DNA of 64,000 bases from a virus, in the IMG/VR virus record IMGVR_UViG_3300037042_003932, positions 79,879 through 143,878 of that record. One strand, given 5' to 3'. The position numbers were made by a program, and so were the translations under genes. The notes beneath the pieces were generated by a model. That model had not been told where the DNA came from. It saw only the letters and a program-made list of their open reading frames with translations, and made no database searches. Shown here piece after piece: positions 40,674 to 49,640 of this stretch. How positions within the stretch are numbered: position 1 is the stretch's first letter; each line of letters begins with the position of its first letter.

Positions 40674-40681
40674 GACCAAAA

Positions 40682-40709
40682 AGAAAGGGAGCTGTTGGGC
40701 TCCCTTTCT
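40682..40709. terminator. Terminator hairpin between convergent operons
   Basis: AGAAAGGGAGC-TGTTGG-GCTCCCTTTCT perfect 11-bp stem; T-run on the minus strand. Confidence 0.8.
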
Positions 40710-40729
40710 CGCTTACATCTCACACTGTA

Positions 40730-40903
40730 TTAGTACTTGAACTCAAACCAATTCTGACTCATGTCTGTTGACCCACAGTTATCGTCGGGGGTGACTGGGT
40801 CACCACATACGATACACATAAGATTAACGGCGTCGAAGTTGCTACACTCGCTACACGTCTGTTTTCCCCACTTGTCTAACATCTCTTGTTTCTCTGAGCC
40901 CAT
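40730..40903 (-). CDS. Small Cys-rich protein
   Basis: MGSEKQ..CSEC..C..C..C; RBS GAGG. Confidence 0.5.
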   Translation of the reverse strand: MGSEKQEMLDKWGKQTCSECSNFDAVNLMCIVCGDPVTPDDNCGSTDMSQNWFEFKY

Positions 40904-40910
40904 CGCAACC

Positions 40911-41321
40911 TCACTTGTGGTTGTACGCAGACAGGAACTGCTGACCATCAGTGCCAGGGCGTTGCATAACAAACCCCCAACTCCAGACCAGAGCATCGAC
41001 TATAGCTACCACAGCCCATGGAAGGAACCAGCTATGACGCGCTGTGGCCTGGGCCAATATCAAACACATAGCCATCTCAAAACAAGCCATAAGCAGGGGT
41101 GCAGCGTGTCGCCACGCTGGCGACCCCAGCAACTTAGTAGCAGGACCACACTCGTAACGAGAGAAGTAAAACTTCCCTCCAAACTTGTGGGGCCAGGGTA
41201 TCATCTTTGTAGGTTTTCGGCCTTCGACGACCCAACCCAGCATCAAGTGCGACACCTCATGCAGTACGTTCTGCATGAACCACGCAACAATGAATAGTCC
41301 TGCTAGTAAGTACCAGTTCAT
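40911..41321 (-). CDS. Membrane zinc metallopeptidase-like protein (M50/S2P-like)
   Basis: TM-embedded HEVSH, AAP, C-terminal GTDG. Confidence 0.6.
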   Translation of the reverse strand: MNWYLLAGLFIVAWFMQNVLHEVSHLMLGWVVEGRKPTKMIPWPHKFGGKFYFSRYECGPATKLLGSPAWRHAAPLLMACFEMAMCLILAQATARHSWFLPWAVVAIVDALVWSWGFVMQRPGTDGQQFLSAYNHK

Positions 41322-41944
41322 TCGGGCCTCTCGGGTTTATCTTTGATGATATCCTCAAAGAATACGTGATGTGATGCTGGAATAGCCTTGTACATATCCC
41401 AAGCAAGTTTACGATATTCAAGAAGCACATCCTTGTTTAGGCGGGTATTGAACAGGTTACGCAGGCTGCGAGCGTTGATTGTGAAGATGAGCTGGGTAAG
41501 CATGGCTTCGGGGATTGCGTACTTTGCAAGGTCATTGGGGATTCCCAGCTGTACTAGAGATTTCAAATGCATCATCTGTACGTGTGAAGCGGTGTCCACA
41601 TCCGAATTTCCCGTGTGATAGTACAGCTCGTCGATGTCCTGTTCTTTACGGAGTAACTTCCCCAAAGTGAACCTAGAGCTCTGAACACTCTCCACAGCGA
41701 TACGCGTCCGCGAGAACTCCTGCAAACACGCACGAGAAAGCTTAACCTCGAAAGTGAACACACAGTGCTCGAGGACGCTGGTGTGCCCGCTGTTGATGCA
41801 GCGAGTGACTAAGTCGTGATCTTTGGGACCAAGATACAAACTGAGGTCTTCCGTATCCGACTTATCTTGAGAGGCTTTGCACATACGTATCGCTTCGACA
41901 ACTGCGATGACGGGTGTACAGCGGAGTAATTTGGCGACTGTCAT
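41318..41944 (-). CDS. thyX: FAD-dependent thymidylate synthase
   Basis: GHTSVLEH..FTF...SRA...EF.RTR....VQSSRF, A+Y.IP, INARSL.N....RL. Confidence 0.9.
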   Translation of the reverse strand: MTVAKLLRCTPVIAVVEAIRMCKASQDKSDTEDLSLYLGPKDHDLVTRCINSGHTSVLEHCVFTFEVKLSRACLQEFSRTRIAVESVQSSRFTLGKLLRKEQDIDELYYHTGNSDVDTASHVQMMHLKSLVQLGIPNDLAKYAIPEAMLTQLIFTINARSLRNLFNTRLNKDVLLEYRKLAWDMYKAIPASHHVFFEDIIKDKPERPE

Positions 41945-42168
41945 CGGCGCTCCTCTAACTGTTTTAGTAGGTCATCACGCTCATCAATAGCGTCACGAGC
42001 AAGAAGTAGGGCACCGATAAGCTCTTCATACGTGAACCCAGGTGTAATCTGGTCATCTACGCTAAGCTTATCTGACTCATAAAGGTTGCTTAGGCAGTAC
42101 TCAACGCACTCCCGATCTGTAGAATCGGGACGAGCGGCTTCAAGCTGTTCCTTGGAATACGTTTTCAT
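41941..42168 (-). CDS. Small acidic hypothetical protein
   Basis: 75 aa, coupled. Confidence 0.6.
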   Translation of the reverse strand: MKTYSKEQLEAARPDSTDRECVEYCLSNLYESDKLSVDDQITPGFTYEELIGALLLARDAIDERDDLLKQLEERR

Positions 42169-42206
42169 CTGTCACCTTCTTTCGTGCTTAGCGGGGTCAT
42201 CTTCTA

Positions 42207-43217
42207 TTAAAGCCGACACAGCAGCTTCTCCATCAAGAACTCCCAACTCGTCTGGAACCCTGCAGCTCCCTTGTGCCCACCACCCCCAGGGAAAGGCCCA
42301 GCCTCACCGCAGCGCTTTGCAATATCGCCGCAGTCGATGTCTGGGTCGATAGAGTAAAGACTAACCGTGACTTTACCGGTGTTCTCGTACGCGAAGCCAA
42401 GCATGATCTCGTGCTTCTCATGGTCATAGACACTTGCGAAGCGGTCGCTGCCACGTGCTCCAAAGTTTGCAGCGATGACCGAGTACACATGGCGTCCATG
42501 GATAGAAGCAGGGTACGGAACGGTGAGCTCAGCATCGAACGCCCGGCTCTTCATGAGGGCTGCGCTCTCAGAGACCTCGAACATCTTAATGCTGGTGCCT
42601 ACACGGACAGCTTCGTCTACTTTTGCCATCGTCGTGTAGCCGGAATCGGAACGTAAGATATCGAGAGTGTAGCAGTAGAACCACTCAATGATACCCTCGG
42701 GGACCATGGTATCAAAGTACATCTTAAAGAACGGGGCCTTGCTGTCGACTATGTTCTTATGACGCCAGGTGTCCCAATCTCCAACAAGCCTTATAGCATC
42801 TGGAGCACCATTCGCACACAGCTCCGCAACTTGCATAAGGCTTTTACCTGGCAGGTTAAACCACGCCCACGTCAGCTCTGCTCCACAAACACCATCGAGT
42901 CTCACACCATCATAACCCCAACCAATCCCCTTCTCTTTCTGAAGGAGTTCATACGCGCTAATGCTGCTTGCGTGGTGATCAATCCAGATGAACTTAGCTA
43001 CCCGGTTTGCAAGGGCTTCCATACCCTCGTCAAAAGGCTGCAGCGAAAAGTCCAGCATGTAAACGGTATCCTCAGGACCAAATACGTCTGGCAGAGTCAT
43101 ACCGTAATTCATCTCGATTAGCTTGGGGTAGATACCCTGCTTATCAAGGAACGCTCGGGCTACACCAGCGCTGGCATATCCGTCTAAGTCGTTGTGATGA
43201 ATGATGTAGGTTGTCAT
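42207..43217 (-). CDS. DHH/DHHA1 phosphoesterase (nanoRNase NrnB-like)
   Basis: HHNDLDG, LDFS, IDHH, CGAELTW, VSLYS, GGGHKGAAGF. Confidence 0.9.
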   Translation of the reverse strand: MTTYIIHHNDLDGYASAGVARAFLDKQGIYPKLIEMNYGMTLPDVFGPEDTVYMLDFSLQPFDEGMEALANRVAKFIWIDHHASSISAYELLQKEKGIGWGYDGVRLDGVCGAELTWAWFNLPGKSLMQVAELCANGAPDAIRLVGDWDTWRHKNIVDSKAPFFKMYFDTMVPEGIIEWFYCYTLDILRSDSGYTTMAKVDEAVRVGTSIKMFEVSESAALMKSRAFDAELTVPYPASIHGRHVYSVIAANFGARGSDRFASVYDHEKHEIMLGFAYENTGKVTVSLYSIDPDIDCGDIAKRCGEAGPFPGGGGHKGAAGFQTSWEFLMEKLLCRL

Positions 43218-43402
43218 ACCTCGTCAGCTGCTCCTTTCTTTTTCTCTATTTCTTTTGCTAAGGCTTGCTTAAGCGCCTCGATCTCTTCGCGCTGAAGAGC
43301 CACTGTGTTGATTAGACCTTGGACGTAGTCCTGGTCTGGGTACGTAGACGCTAGAGTGGTGATGTTGATGTCAGGTCTTTTGGGGGAGCGAGAAGAAGTC
43401 AT
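43214..43402 (-). CDS. Small coiled-coil protein
   Basis: 62 aa, coupled. Confidence 0.5.
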   Translation of the reverse strand: MTSSRSPKRPDINITTLASTYPDQDYVQGLINTVALQREEIEALKQALAKEIEKKKGAADEV

Positions 43403-43833
43403 TCGACGACTTCGAGGGTCATCTTACACAAGACCCAACCTGCGTCGGGATCTCCAGCTTCGACCAATCCTTTACGAGCCGCGTCTGGAGTCTTGAACAA
43501 CAGGTCAAATGGGAACTCGTACTGCCTCGGGTTAGCCCACGGAGTCAACAAGCGCACTTCACCTGTCTCGTCTATGACCGATCTCTGCTTCCAGGTGTAC
43601 CACGTTTCGCTGTGAGTGGGCTTGGAGGTTTCCGGCGTGGTTGGCATCGCCGCAATGAGCTCGTCACGCAGGCGTAGCTTGTCTTGCACCTTATCCAAAA
43701 GAGAATCTAGCATCTCAATAGGAGGTGTAATCGCCAAGATAGTCTTTGCGATCTCCTCTAGAACTCGGGCGTCTTCTTGCGAGCACATCTCGGCATGGAC
43801 AATATCGCTCGCTCTACTTTGGATTGTCGTCAT
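43399..43833 (-). CDS. Hypothetical protein
   Basis: 144 aa, coupled. Confidence 0.6.
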   Translation of the reverse strand: MTTIQSRASDIVHAEMCSQEDARVLEEIAKTILAITPPIEMLDSLLDKVQDKLRLRDELIAAMPTTPETSKPTHSETWYTWKQRSVIDETGEVRLLTPWANPRQYEFPFDLLFKTPDAARKGLVEAGDPDAGWVLCKMTLEVVE

Positions 43834-44107
43834 CTACTTCCTCTTCGTCATCATCCTCGTCCTCGTCATCCTCGTCCTCGTCGTCATCATCATCATCATC
43901 ATCATCATCGTCGCAATCGTCGTCGTCCTCGAAGAAGCTCGTGTCGTCCCAGTCGTCATCCGACTCTGGGTCTTCGATGAGGTTGCAGTCACGGCTGCTG
44001 CAATGCGAGTCACCGATCTCTACGTCCTTGCCAATCCGAGCAAGGTTGAGATCACTCGTGTCGTCCTCGGACCAAACTACGATCACCGTTTTGTAAAGCT
44101 TCGTCAT
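43814..44107 (-). CDS. Extremely acidic protein (poly-Asp/Glu tail)
   Basis: C-terminus DDDCDDDDDDDDDDEDEDDEDEDDDEEEVDDD; coupled to neighbours. Confidence 0.65.
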   Translation of the reverse strand: MTKLYKTVIVVWSEDDTSDLNLARIGKDVEIGDSHCSSRDCNLIEDPESDDDWDDTSFFEDDDDCDDDDDDDDDDDEDEDDEDEDDDEEEVDDDNPK

Positions 44108-44466
44108 TCGTCGTCCTCCTCATCTGTTTCGTCAGTGTCGTCCACATCGTCTTCAACGTCCGCGCCGTCTTCTCGCACGAGTTTACTCGCAGCTCGAGCC
44201 TTGGCTAGACGTTCTGCACACGCTTGTCGCTGCTCGTCTGTCATGTTCCTAGTCGCATTTGACTTCAAAACCAACCCTGCCTTCTTCGGTGAGTACAGCT
44301 CCCACTCCCGGTCCTCTGGGAGGGTGGAATAAGGCATCCAGAAGTATAGCGAACACTTGGGATTCCGGCAGTCCCTATTTCCGCTGTCGTCATAGTGCCC
44401 CATGCAGTCATGGCACTTAGCAAGTATCGCAGCCTTCATGCTCGGCTTCTTGATTGCCACCATCAC
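44104..44466 (-). CDS. Zinc-finger protein with acidic tail
   Basis: AILAKCHDC..DC...CSL, MTDEQR..ERL phage motif. Confidence 0.65.
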   Translation of the reverse strand: MMVAIKKPSMKAAILAKCHDCMGHYDDSGNRDCRNPKCSLYFWMPYSTLPEDREWELYSPKKAGLVLKSNATRNMTDEQRQACAERLAKARAASKLVREDGADVEDDVDDTDETDEEDDE

Positions 44467-44972
44467 TTGACTCCTAGCTTAGCTCTGAACGTAGTGCAAG
44501 CGTCGACATCACTATGACAACGCCGCGTGAACTTCGACTCAATAGCATCAACAGACATACGCTCCCAAATCTCCCGGGAGGTCTCTTCAGCCTCATCCTC
44601 TACCTCTCGCATATACTCTTCAACGAGGTCACGAGCAGCATCAAGGTTATCAGCCTTAACCGAAACCGTAAAGCGAGTGGAAGCCTTTGCTTCTAGGACA
44701 CAGTCAAAATAGTATTTGGGTTCGAGCGTCACCGACAGCGAAAGGGGTAGATCATTATCATTAACAACGAAGTCTAGCGAGACCTTTTCACTTCGAACAA
44801 GGGTCTCAGTGTATGGAAGATTCGCGAATTCTTTCTGCGTCGCTGCAAGTAATACTTTCGTTGTTTCCCCCAGAATCTGATTGTTATCATAGTCATCAGG
44901 GGCTTCAACCCGAATATTAAAACATCTTTGGCGTACCGGTGGCGTGTAGGTCACTTCGAGATACTTCAGCAT
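44463..44972 (-). CDS. Acidic hypothetical protein
   Basis: 169 aa; V.V.A..L..A..LVEE motif; RBS GAGGAG. Confidence 0.6.
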   Translation of the reverse strand: MLKYLEVTYTPPVRQRCFNIRVEAPDDYDNNQILGETTKVLLAATQKEFANLPYTETLVRSEKVSLDFVVNDNDLPLSLSVTLEPKYYFDCVLEAKASTRFTVSVKADNLDAARDLVEEYMREVEDEAEETSREIWERMSVDAIESKFTRRCHSDVDACTTFRAKLGVK

Positions 44973-44985
44973 AACCGATTTCTCC

Positions 44986-45378
44986 TCAGTCTACGTTGAT
45001 AGATCTGCGTATACTAGAGCGCCTCTCACAATCAGGAGATCCCGTCTCTGTGTTGTCGTCTGTATTTTCCCCTATGCACGTGTACTCCCACTCAAGACCC
45101 AGTTCCTCTTCGGCGTATGTCGTGAGTTCTCGTAACACGGTATCAAAACCATAAAGTTTTATGCCGTCATCTTCAAAGAATAAGAAGTCTTCATACGGGA
45201 CCGATTTATCAACGACAACATTCGTAATCAAGTACGAGTACCAACCGGAATAGTAAGTAGAGACCTTGTCCTTGGTTTCCTCCTCCGCTTTGGTGTTCAA
45301 CCATACCCAAAGCTTTGCTAGAGCGTCTGAATCCTCTTTCCCGTGTATGATAAGCACATAGCTACTCCGGTATCCCAT
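44986..45378 (-). CDS. Acidic hypothetical phage protein
   Basis: MGYRS....IGE..DD.E..G pattern common in phage accessory genes. Confidence 0.65.
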   Translation of the reverse strand: MGYRSSYVLIIHGKEDSDALAKLWVWLNTKAEEETKDKVSTYYSGWYSYLITNVVVDKSVPYEDFLFFEDDGIKLYGFDTVLRELTTYAEEELGLEWEYTCIGENTDDNTETGSPDCERRSSIRRSINVD

Positions 45379-45562
45379 CTGCTATTTTCTCCACAAATTG
45401 TAAAGTAGCGCTTGGTAGATCCCCTTCGTACCGAGGGTCACCATCGTACTCATAGTCTCCGTTCTCTATCTTCTTCTTAACCTCCTCTTCGTCGTCAGTA
45501 GGTGCGTCAACAAGAACATTCACTGCGTATACTTCGAACTTCTTCACGATAAACTTTGGCAT
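45362..45562 (-). CDS. Small acidic protein
   Basis: 66 aa; RBS AAGGGAG. Confidence 0.6.
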   Translation of the reverse strand: MPKFIVKKFEVYAVNVLVDAPTDDEEEVKKKIENGDYEYDGDPRYEGDLPSATLQFVEKIADGIPE

Positions 45563-45609
45563 GGCTTCTCCCTTCAGAAGTCAGTGTGTCCCCTACGTAT
45601 ACCAATAAT

Positions 45610-45774
45610 TCAGAAGGGTTTTAGGTCTTTGAGGTCTTCGGGCGCAATCGAGTACCCACAGTCAACACAAGTGATACGTGGTGTATCACGCTTATACCTG
45701 ATGAGCATACCGCAGACACATTTTGCTAAGACGTAAACGTCGTTAGCAACGACCAACACATTCACAAGTTGCAT
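45610..45774 (-). CDS. Small zinc-ribbon protein (54 aa, below ORF-track cutoff)
   Basis: MQLVNVLVVANDVYVLAKCVCG...TCVDCGYSI...; RBS AGGAG. Confidence 0.6.
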   Translation of the reverse strand: MQLVNVLVVANDVYVLAKCVCGMLIRYKRDTPRITCVDCGYSIAPEDLKDLKPF

Positions 45775-45827
45775 CGAAGCTCCTAGGAGGAAAAGAGAAG
45801 CTAAGCTTTACGCTCGCCTCTCAAAGC

Positions 45828-46064
45828 TTACTCCTGAGTTGTCGCCAATTTACTCCGTAATTCAGAGTCACAAAGCTTTCGAGTTCTGTCAGACAACTCA
45901 GCGGTAGAAATATACAAGGTGATCCCGCACCGCTTGGCGAGTACAGCGTCAATCTCGTTAAAGCCGTGATGAGCCGCGAGCATATTCACATACTTGAGAT
46001 CAGATACAGGCAAGAATCCCTTAACAAGCACACACTCTGAATGAACCATAACTTCGTAACTCAT
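45828..46064 (-). CDS. Hypothetical protein
   Basis: ATGA-coupled MSYEVM start. Confidence 0.55.
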   Translation of the reverse strand: MSYEVMVHSECVLVKGFLPVSDLKYVNMLAAHHGFNEIDAVLAKRCGITLYISTAELSDRTRKLCDSELRSKLATTQE

Positions 46065-46309
46065 TGCTTGGTCCCTCCGGTGTATTCCAACCATTTGTTA
46101 ATAATCTCTGGGATTTTCTCGGGTGGAGCTTCGATATGAACGGCATCTCCGTTCGATAGGTTGAGAGTGATTCTTCGTAACCCCTGGGTCTTACTATACT
46201 CGAATATCGTAGCGACAGCCCCGTACCAAACCCACTTGGTGGTCTCTTTACGCCGGACACACAGATGCGAAGCAGAGACTAACTCGAAATCATTGTAGGT
46301 CTCGTACAT
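46061..46309 (-). CDS. Hypothetical protein
   Basis: RBS GGAGG; 82 aa. Confidence 0.6.
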   Translation of the reverse strand: MYETYNDFELVSASHLCVRRKETTKWVWYGAVATIFEYSKTQGLRRITLNLSNGDAVHIEAPPEKIPEIINKWLEYTGGTKQ

Positions 46310-46324
46310 TCGCGCCTCCGGTGC

Positions 46325-46555
46325 TTACGCCTTCACAGAGCAAGCTACGATGTCTGTCGCGATGGATACAGCTACCCCAGCCATACAATAACTTTTATTG
46401 CCCGTGTGAATAGTCAAGGAGCAATCTTCACCATCGAACACTATGGCCGTTATCGATTCCATCTTTATGTAAAGCGTCTTATTCTTAGAGATCTCCGCTT
46501 TGATATGCGTAGGCGAGTGCTTCAAATAACGTATGACTGCCACGAGAGACATCAT
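46325..46555 (-). CDS. Hypothetical protein
   Basis: 76 aa; RBS AAGGA. Confidence 0.5.
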   Translation of the reverse strand: MMSLVAVIRYLKHSPTHIKAEISKNKTLYIKMESITAIVFDGEDCSLTIHTGNKSYCMAGVAVSIATDIVACSVKA

Positions 46556-46613
46556 CTTCCTTGTCTGAGAGACATGTTCTCACCAACAAAACGTCTCCCG
46601 ACTAATTGTACGC

Positions 46614-46976
46614 CTAACCCCCAGATGTCTCTGTCTTTTCCGGTTCGAGGCGTTTCTTCTCAAGGGCATGCTGGCGCTCTAGAGCGCACAAAAGGACACT
46701 CGCGTCGTTATGAAGCTTGCGAAGTTGTAACATCACGGTCTCTGTAGTTACCTTCTGCAAGTGTCCTGCGTCTAGGACTAAAGTCTCGTCCCTATAATAG
46801 CTAGTGAAACCACTCAGCGTAGCGACGCGCTTCAACGTAATTAGGTCTGTCTCCCACACACGCGGGCGTATCTCCACGACCTCATAGATAGCAAAGGGAA
46901 CAATGGACCAGCAGGTCACTGCATCTCCAGGCAGAAATCCACTGGACATATCCGGTATCTTTCTCTTTTTTGGCAT
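46614..46976 (-). CDS. Hypothetical protein (SH3/KOW-like N-terminal part)
   Basis: FLPGDAV..YEVVEI; RBS GAGG. Confidence 0.5.
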   Translation of the reverse strand: MPKKRKIPDMSSGFLPGDAVTCWSIVPFAIYEVVEIRPRVWETDLITLKRVATLSGFTSYYRDETLVLDAGHLQKVTTETVMLQLRKLHNDASVLLCALERQHALEKKRLEPEKTETSGG

Positions 46977-46978
46977 CT

Positions 46979-47593
46979 CTACCTCATCAAAAACGTCAGT
47001 AAATCCTGTGACCAATCCTCGAGTCTTACGAAGATCAACGGGCTGTTTAGGTCTCCTAACCTAGACCAACCAACTGCTTCGAACTTAGGGGATGCAGAGG
47101 TCACCATGTCACCAGGAGCTGAGAACGAATACACGATACCAAAGTGCGTATCAGCTGGTTTCCGTATAAATCCTCGGAGAGTAAAGTCCAGTATGTCTGG
47201 AGCAGAACGCGAAGGGTCTGTGTTCTTTCGCGTAGCTCCTGAAAACCGAATGCTCTCGTTCATCCGGTTCAACGCGGATATCTTGAAGAGCTGCTCCCCT
47301 TGGTTGTCTTCGGGTTTGACACTCCCACCTACGCCTATGGACAATTTACGCAGTAACGACGCATCAGTTCGCCGGTACACGAGAATCTCAGGCTTCCAGC
47401 CGTACACGTACGAGTAGGTGACCACTTGGAGAACTGATACGTCGTTATCGGCTTCTTCTTGGGGCACGAACACCGAAGCCGATCTGATGTCACTCAGCAG
47501 GTTCTTGTACGCGGGAGTGTACGCTTGTAAACCCAGAAGCTTATACGGCTGAAGGATCTTTGCCGGGAACACCAAGACCTCGTTGTTCTCCAT
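46979..47593 (-). CDS. Nudix-fold phosphoesterase-like protein (COG4112-type), degenerate
   Basis: F....A..D....QVV.Y, ILVYRR, KLSIGVGG, HFGIVY, LEDWSQ; Nudix box not intact. Confidence 0.7.
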   Translation of the reverse strand: MENNEVLVFPAKILQPYKLLGLQAYTPAYKNLLSDIRSASVFVPQEEADNDVSVLQVVTYSYVYGWKPEILVYRRTDASLLRKLSIGVGGSVKPEDNQGEQLFKISALNRMNESIRFSGATRKNTDPSRSAPDILDFTLRGFIRKPADTHFGIVYSFSAPGDMVTSASPKFEAVGWSRLGDLNSPLIFVRLEDWSQDLLTFLMR

Positions 47594-47876
47594 TCTCTTT
47601 CTCCTCTTGCTCCACACGAGCGAGAATCCCCTTGAGGATCGTCTGAGTTAAGATGTTAGGATACATTATAGCTTCTGCCTTGTCGCAAAAATGCTCATTA
47701 CACCCTGCAGGTCTTTCCGACCTGGGCAACTCACAGCCATCATCTTTCTGGTGGGGACAAGGACCCCAAAGGTGATCATCTGGATACTTCTTGGCCAATT
47801 CGTCGATATCCCTCCAATAACGTTCACAACACTCACCGCACCTAATAGGACAAACGATTCCGTGTTCTTGGGTCAT
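47541..47876 (-). CDS. YkgJ-like CxxxCxxCC cysteine-cluster protein
   Basis: CPIRCGECC..CP....C.....RP..C...FC; RBS AAGGAG. Confidence 0.7.
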   Translation of the reverse strand: MTQEHGIVCPIRCGECCERYWRDIDELAKKYPDDHLWGPCPHQKDDGCELPRSERPAGCNEHFCDKAEAIMYPNILTQTILKGILARVEQEEKENGEQRGLGVPGKDPSAV

Positions 47877-47884
47877 AGGGCTCC

Positions 47885-48112
47885 TTACATCAGATTGGAG
47901 TATAGGTAGCACAATTCGTTTAGAACAGACCTGAAAGAAAGCCAGCGCAAAAGAGGGATAGACTTGGAGCGTAGAAGCACACAAGTGTTGTTGTTGTTAC
48001 ATAGAGAGTTCGCGCATAACCTGTCAAAAGTTATGTTACGATCTGTTACTGACGCTGCTAGGGGTACTATCAGGCGCAAAGACGTTCTCGTGTCACCATT
48101 CACGAATGCCAT
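47885..48112 (-). CDS. Small array paralog
   Basis: C-terminal FRSVLNELCYLYSNL; RBS GAGG. Confidence 0.55.
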   Translation of the reverse strand: MAFVNGDTRTSLRLIVPLAASVTDRNITFDRLCANSLCNNNNTCVLLRSKSIPLLRWLSFRSVLNELCYLYSNLM

Positions 48113-48314
48113 GCCGTACCTCTTCGTTGTTCCATACCGTGATAAAACAATAGAAACAACACTCCGAAGCCTTCCTCCGTTCTTTCCAAGGGACTGTTGC
48201 CAAGAGACAGGACAATCCGTTTTTCGCTGTTTGACGAAAAGCAGCATCAAAGGTTTCTCGGTACCACTTAACGCCGGTTCGAGCTGACAGTCCGTCGTAC
48301 ACGTGTCGTCGCAT
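48093..48314 (-). CDS. Small array protein (weak motif match)
   Basis: RBS GGAGG; 73 aa. Confidence 0.5.
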   Translation of the reverse strand: MRRHVYDGLSARTGVKWYRETFDAAFRQTAKNGLSCLLATVPWKERRKASECCFYCFITVWNNEEVRHGIREW

Positions 48315-48540
48315 AACAAAACCTCCATAGGGAATTTTCGAATTCTACTTGTATGTCATCTGCCCTCCGACGAAAGATTTCATCTCGGGTATTTACAGCT
48401 GTTTCGAGACTAAGCCTCTGTGGCTTACTTAACTTTGCTCCGTTACACCAACACGAGTAATACGCGATGGTGTACATCCAGCTGTAAAGATTTATGTTTG
48501 GGTCTGAGCTGAATCCGGAGTTCACGCCTATGATATCCAT
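48268..48540 (-). CDS. Small array protein (weak motif match)
   Basis: FRRRADDIQVEF. Confidence 0.45.
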   Translation of the reverse strand: MDIIGVNSGFSSDPNINLYSWMYTIAYYSCWCNGAKLSKPQRLSLETAVNTRDEIFRRRADDIQVEFENSLWRFCYATTRVRRTVSSNRR

Positions 48541-48836
48541 TGTTTGTTCTTGGGATTTTGGATCATTCGGTTAGTGTTGGCCTTGTAGATTCGTTCGAGG
48601 CATACGACGGACATCTCGAAGCGCATGAGTGTTGAATCTCTGAAATTACGCGCCTGGGCTATGCAATACGCCCCGTCAAAGTAAAACCAGAATGGCCGCG
48701 TACGCCGCAGATAATGACTATTATCCACGAAGTAGTGATGAAAGTTAGCAACCTTGAGTCTAAATGACTCTTGGGCTTTTTGTGAGTTCTTTCCGGTGTA
48801 CAAGCCTGCGTATGTGCTTGAGTTCACGTCCTCCAC
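48528..48836 (-). CDS. Small array paralog
   Basis: FEMSVVCLERIY. Confidence 0.5.
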   Translation of the reverse strand: MEDVNSSTYAGLYTGKNSQKAQESFRLKVANFHHYFVDNSHYLRRTRPFWFYFDGAYCIAQARNFRDSTLMRFEMSVVCLERIYKANTNRMIQNPKNKQWIS

Positions 48837-49090
48837 CTTTTGTCGTTAGGATCAAAGCTGAGCCTGTTCAAGTTCGTACCGAAGTTCTGGGTCTGATAGC
48901 GTATGGTGCTACGAAAGTGGGTGTCGCGTACCCTAGTGTAGGAGCTCATACTTTGAATCGCCCACGCGTGGTACGAATCAGAGATGCCTGTTTTTAACAG
49001 AGATCCCTGGAGTTCTTTTGAGAAATACTTCTTGTTAAAAGTGTGACACTTAACCTCTTCAAACTCAGGTCTTTCAAAGCGTTTCACCAT
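48824..49090 (-). CDS. Small array paralog (AW subfamily)
   Basis: EVKCHTFNKKY..EL..AWAIQS..Y...R..HFRSTIRY aligns with the next two ORFs. Confidence 0.6.
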   Translation of the reverse strand: MVKRFERPEFEEVKCHTFNKKYFSKELQGSLLKTGISDSYHAWAIQSMSSYTRVRDTHFRSTIRYQTQNFGTNLNRLSFDPNDKRWRT

Positions 49091-49368
49091 GCAGGCCCCA
49101 AACCGTTAAAGCGGGCTTCAAAGCCCGGCCTATTCACATAGGACACATAATTCAGACGCAAGTAATGAACGACCCTATTGAACTGAATAGAGCGCGATCC
49201 TACGTAAGAGAGTACGCTGTGGACTACCCACGCGGGAGTACCAATACCAAAAGTGAGTGGATCATTAATCCTAGGCAAATGCCAGAGAAGCTCGTGTGCG
49301 TAATAGTTTTGGTTATGCGCGTGCAATTTTACTTTATCAAGCTCAGTTCGACCTTTGTGATGTGTCAT
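49084..49368 (-). CDS. Small array paralog (AW subfamily)
   Basis: KVKLHAHNQNY..EL..AWVVHS..Y...R..QFNRVVHYLRLNY. Confidence 0.6.
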   Translation of the reverse strand: MTHHKGRTELDKVKLHAHNQNYYAHELLWHLPRINDPLTFGIGTPAWVVHSVLSYVGSRSIQFNRVVHYLRLNYVSYVNRPGFEARFNGLGPAW

Positions 49369-49640
49369 TAAGACCCTCCATTAGCTAGCATGTCCGTGTA
49401 GCTCTGATTTTGATAATATGTAACGTCACGAAAGTAGCGAATACGGGACTCAACGTGTGACTTTATCCTCGTTAAGGACCATGCTCGAGACTCTGGTACA
49501 TTGGGCGTTGCGTATAAACACCAGAAAATCTCTACCATAGAAAAACGCTTACTACTCGTATACGATCTGACATGGCCAATCTCTTGGCTGAGTGTGTAAG
49601 CACTGAGGTTATTACGCGCTTGGATGTGTGAGTACGTCAT
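49368..49640 (-). CDS. Small array paralog (AW subfamily)
   Basis: AWSL...SH...R..YFRDVTYYQNQSYTDM. Confidence 0.6.
   Translation of the reverse strand: MTYSHIQARNNLSAYTLSQEIGHVRSYTSSKRFSMVEIFWCLYATPNVPESRAWSLTRIKSHVESRIRYFRDVTYYQNQSYTDMLANGGS

Noticed and set aside
43616-44332. Plus-strand poly-Ser, poly-His and poly-Ile ORFs
   Set aside because: Antisense shadows of the poly-Asp codon tract
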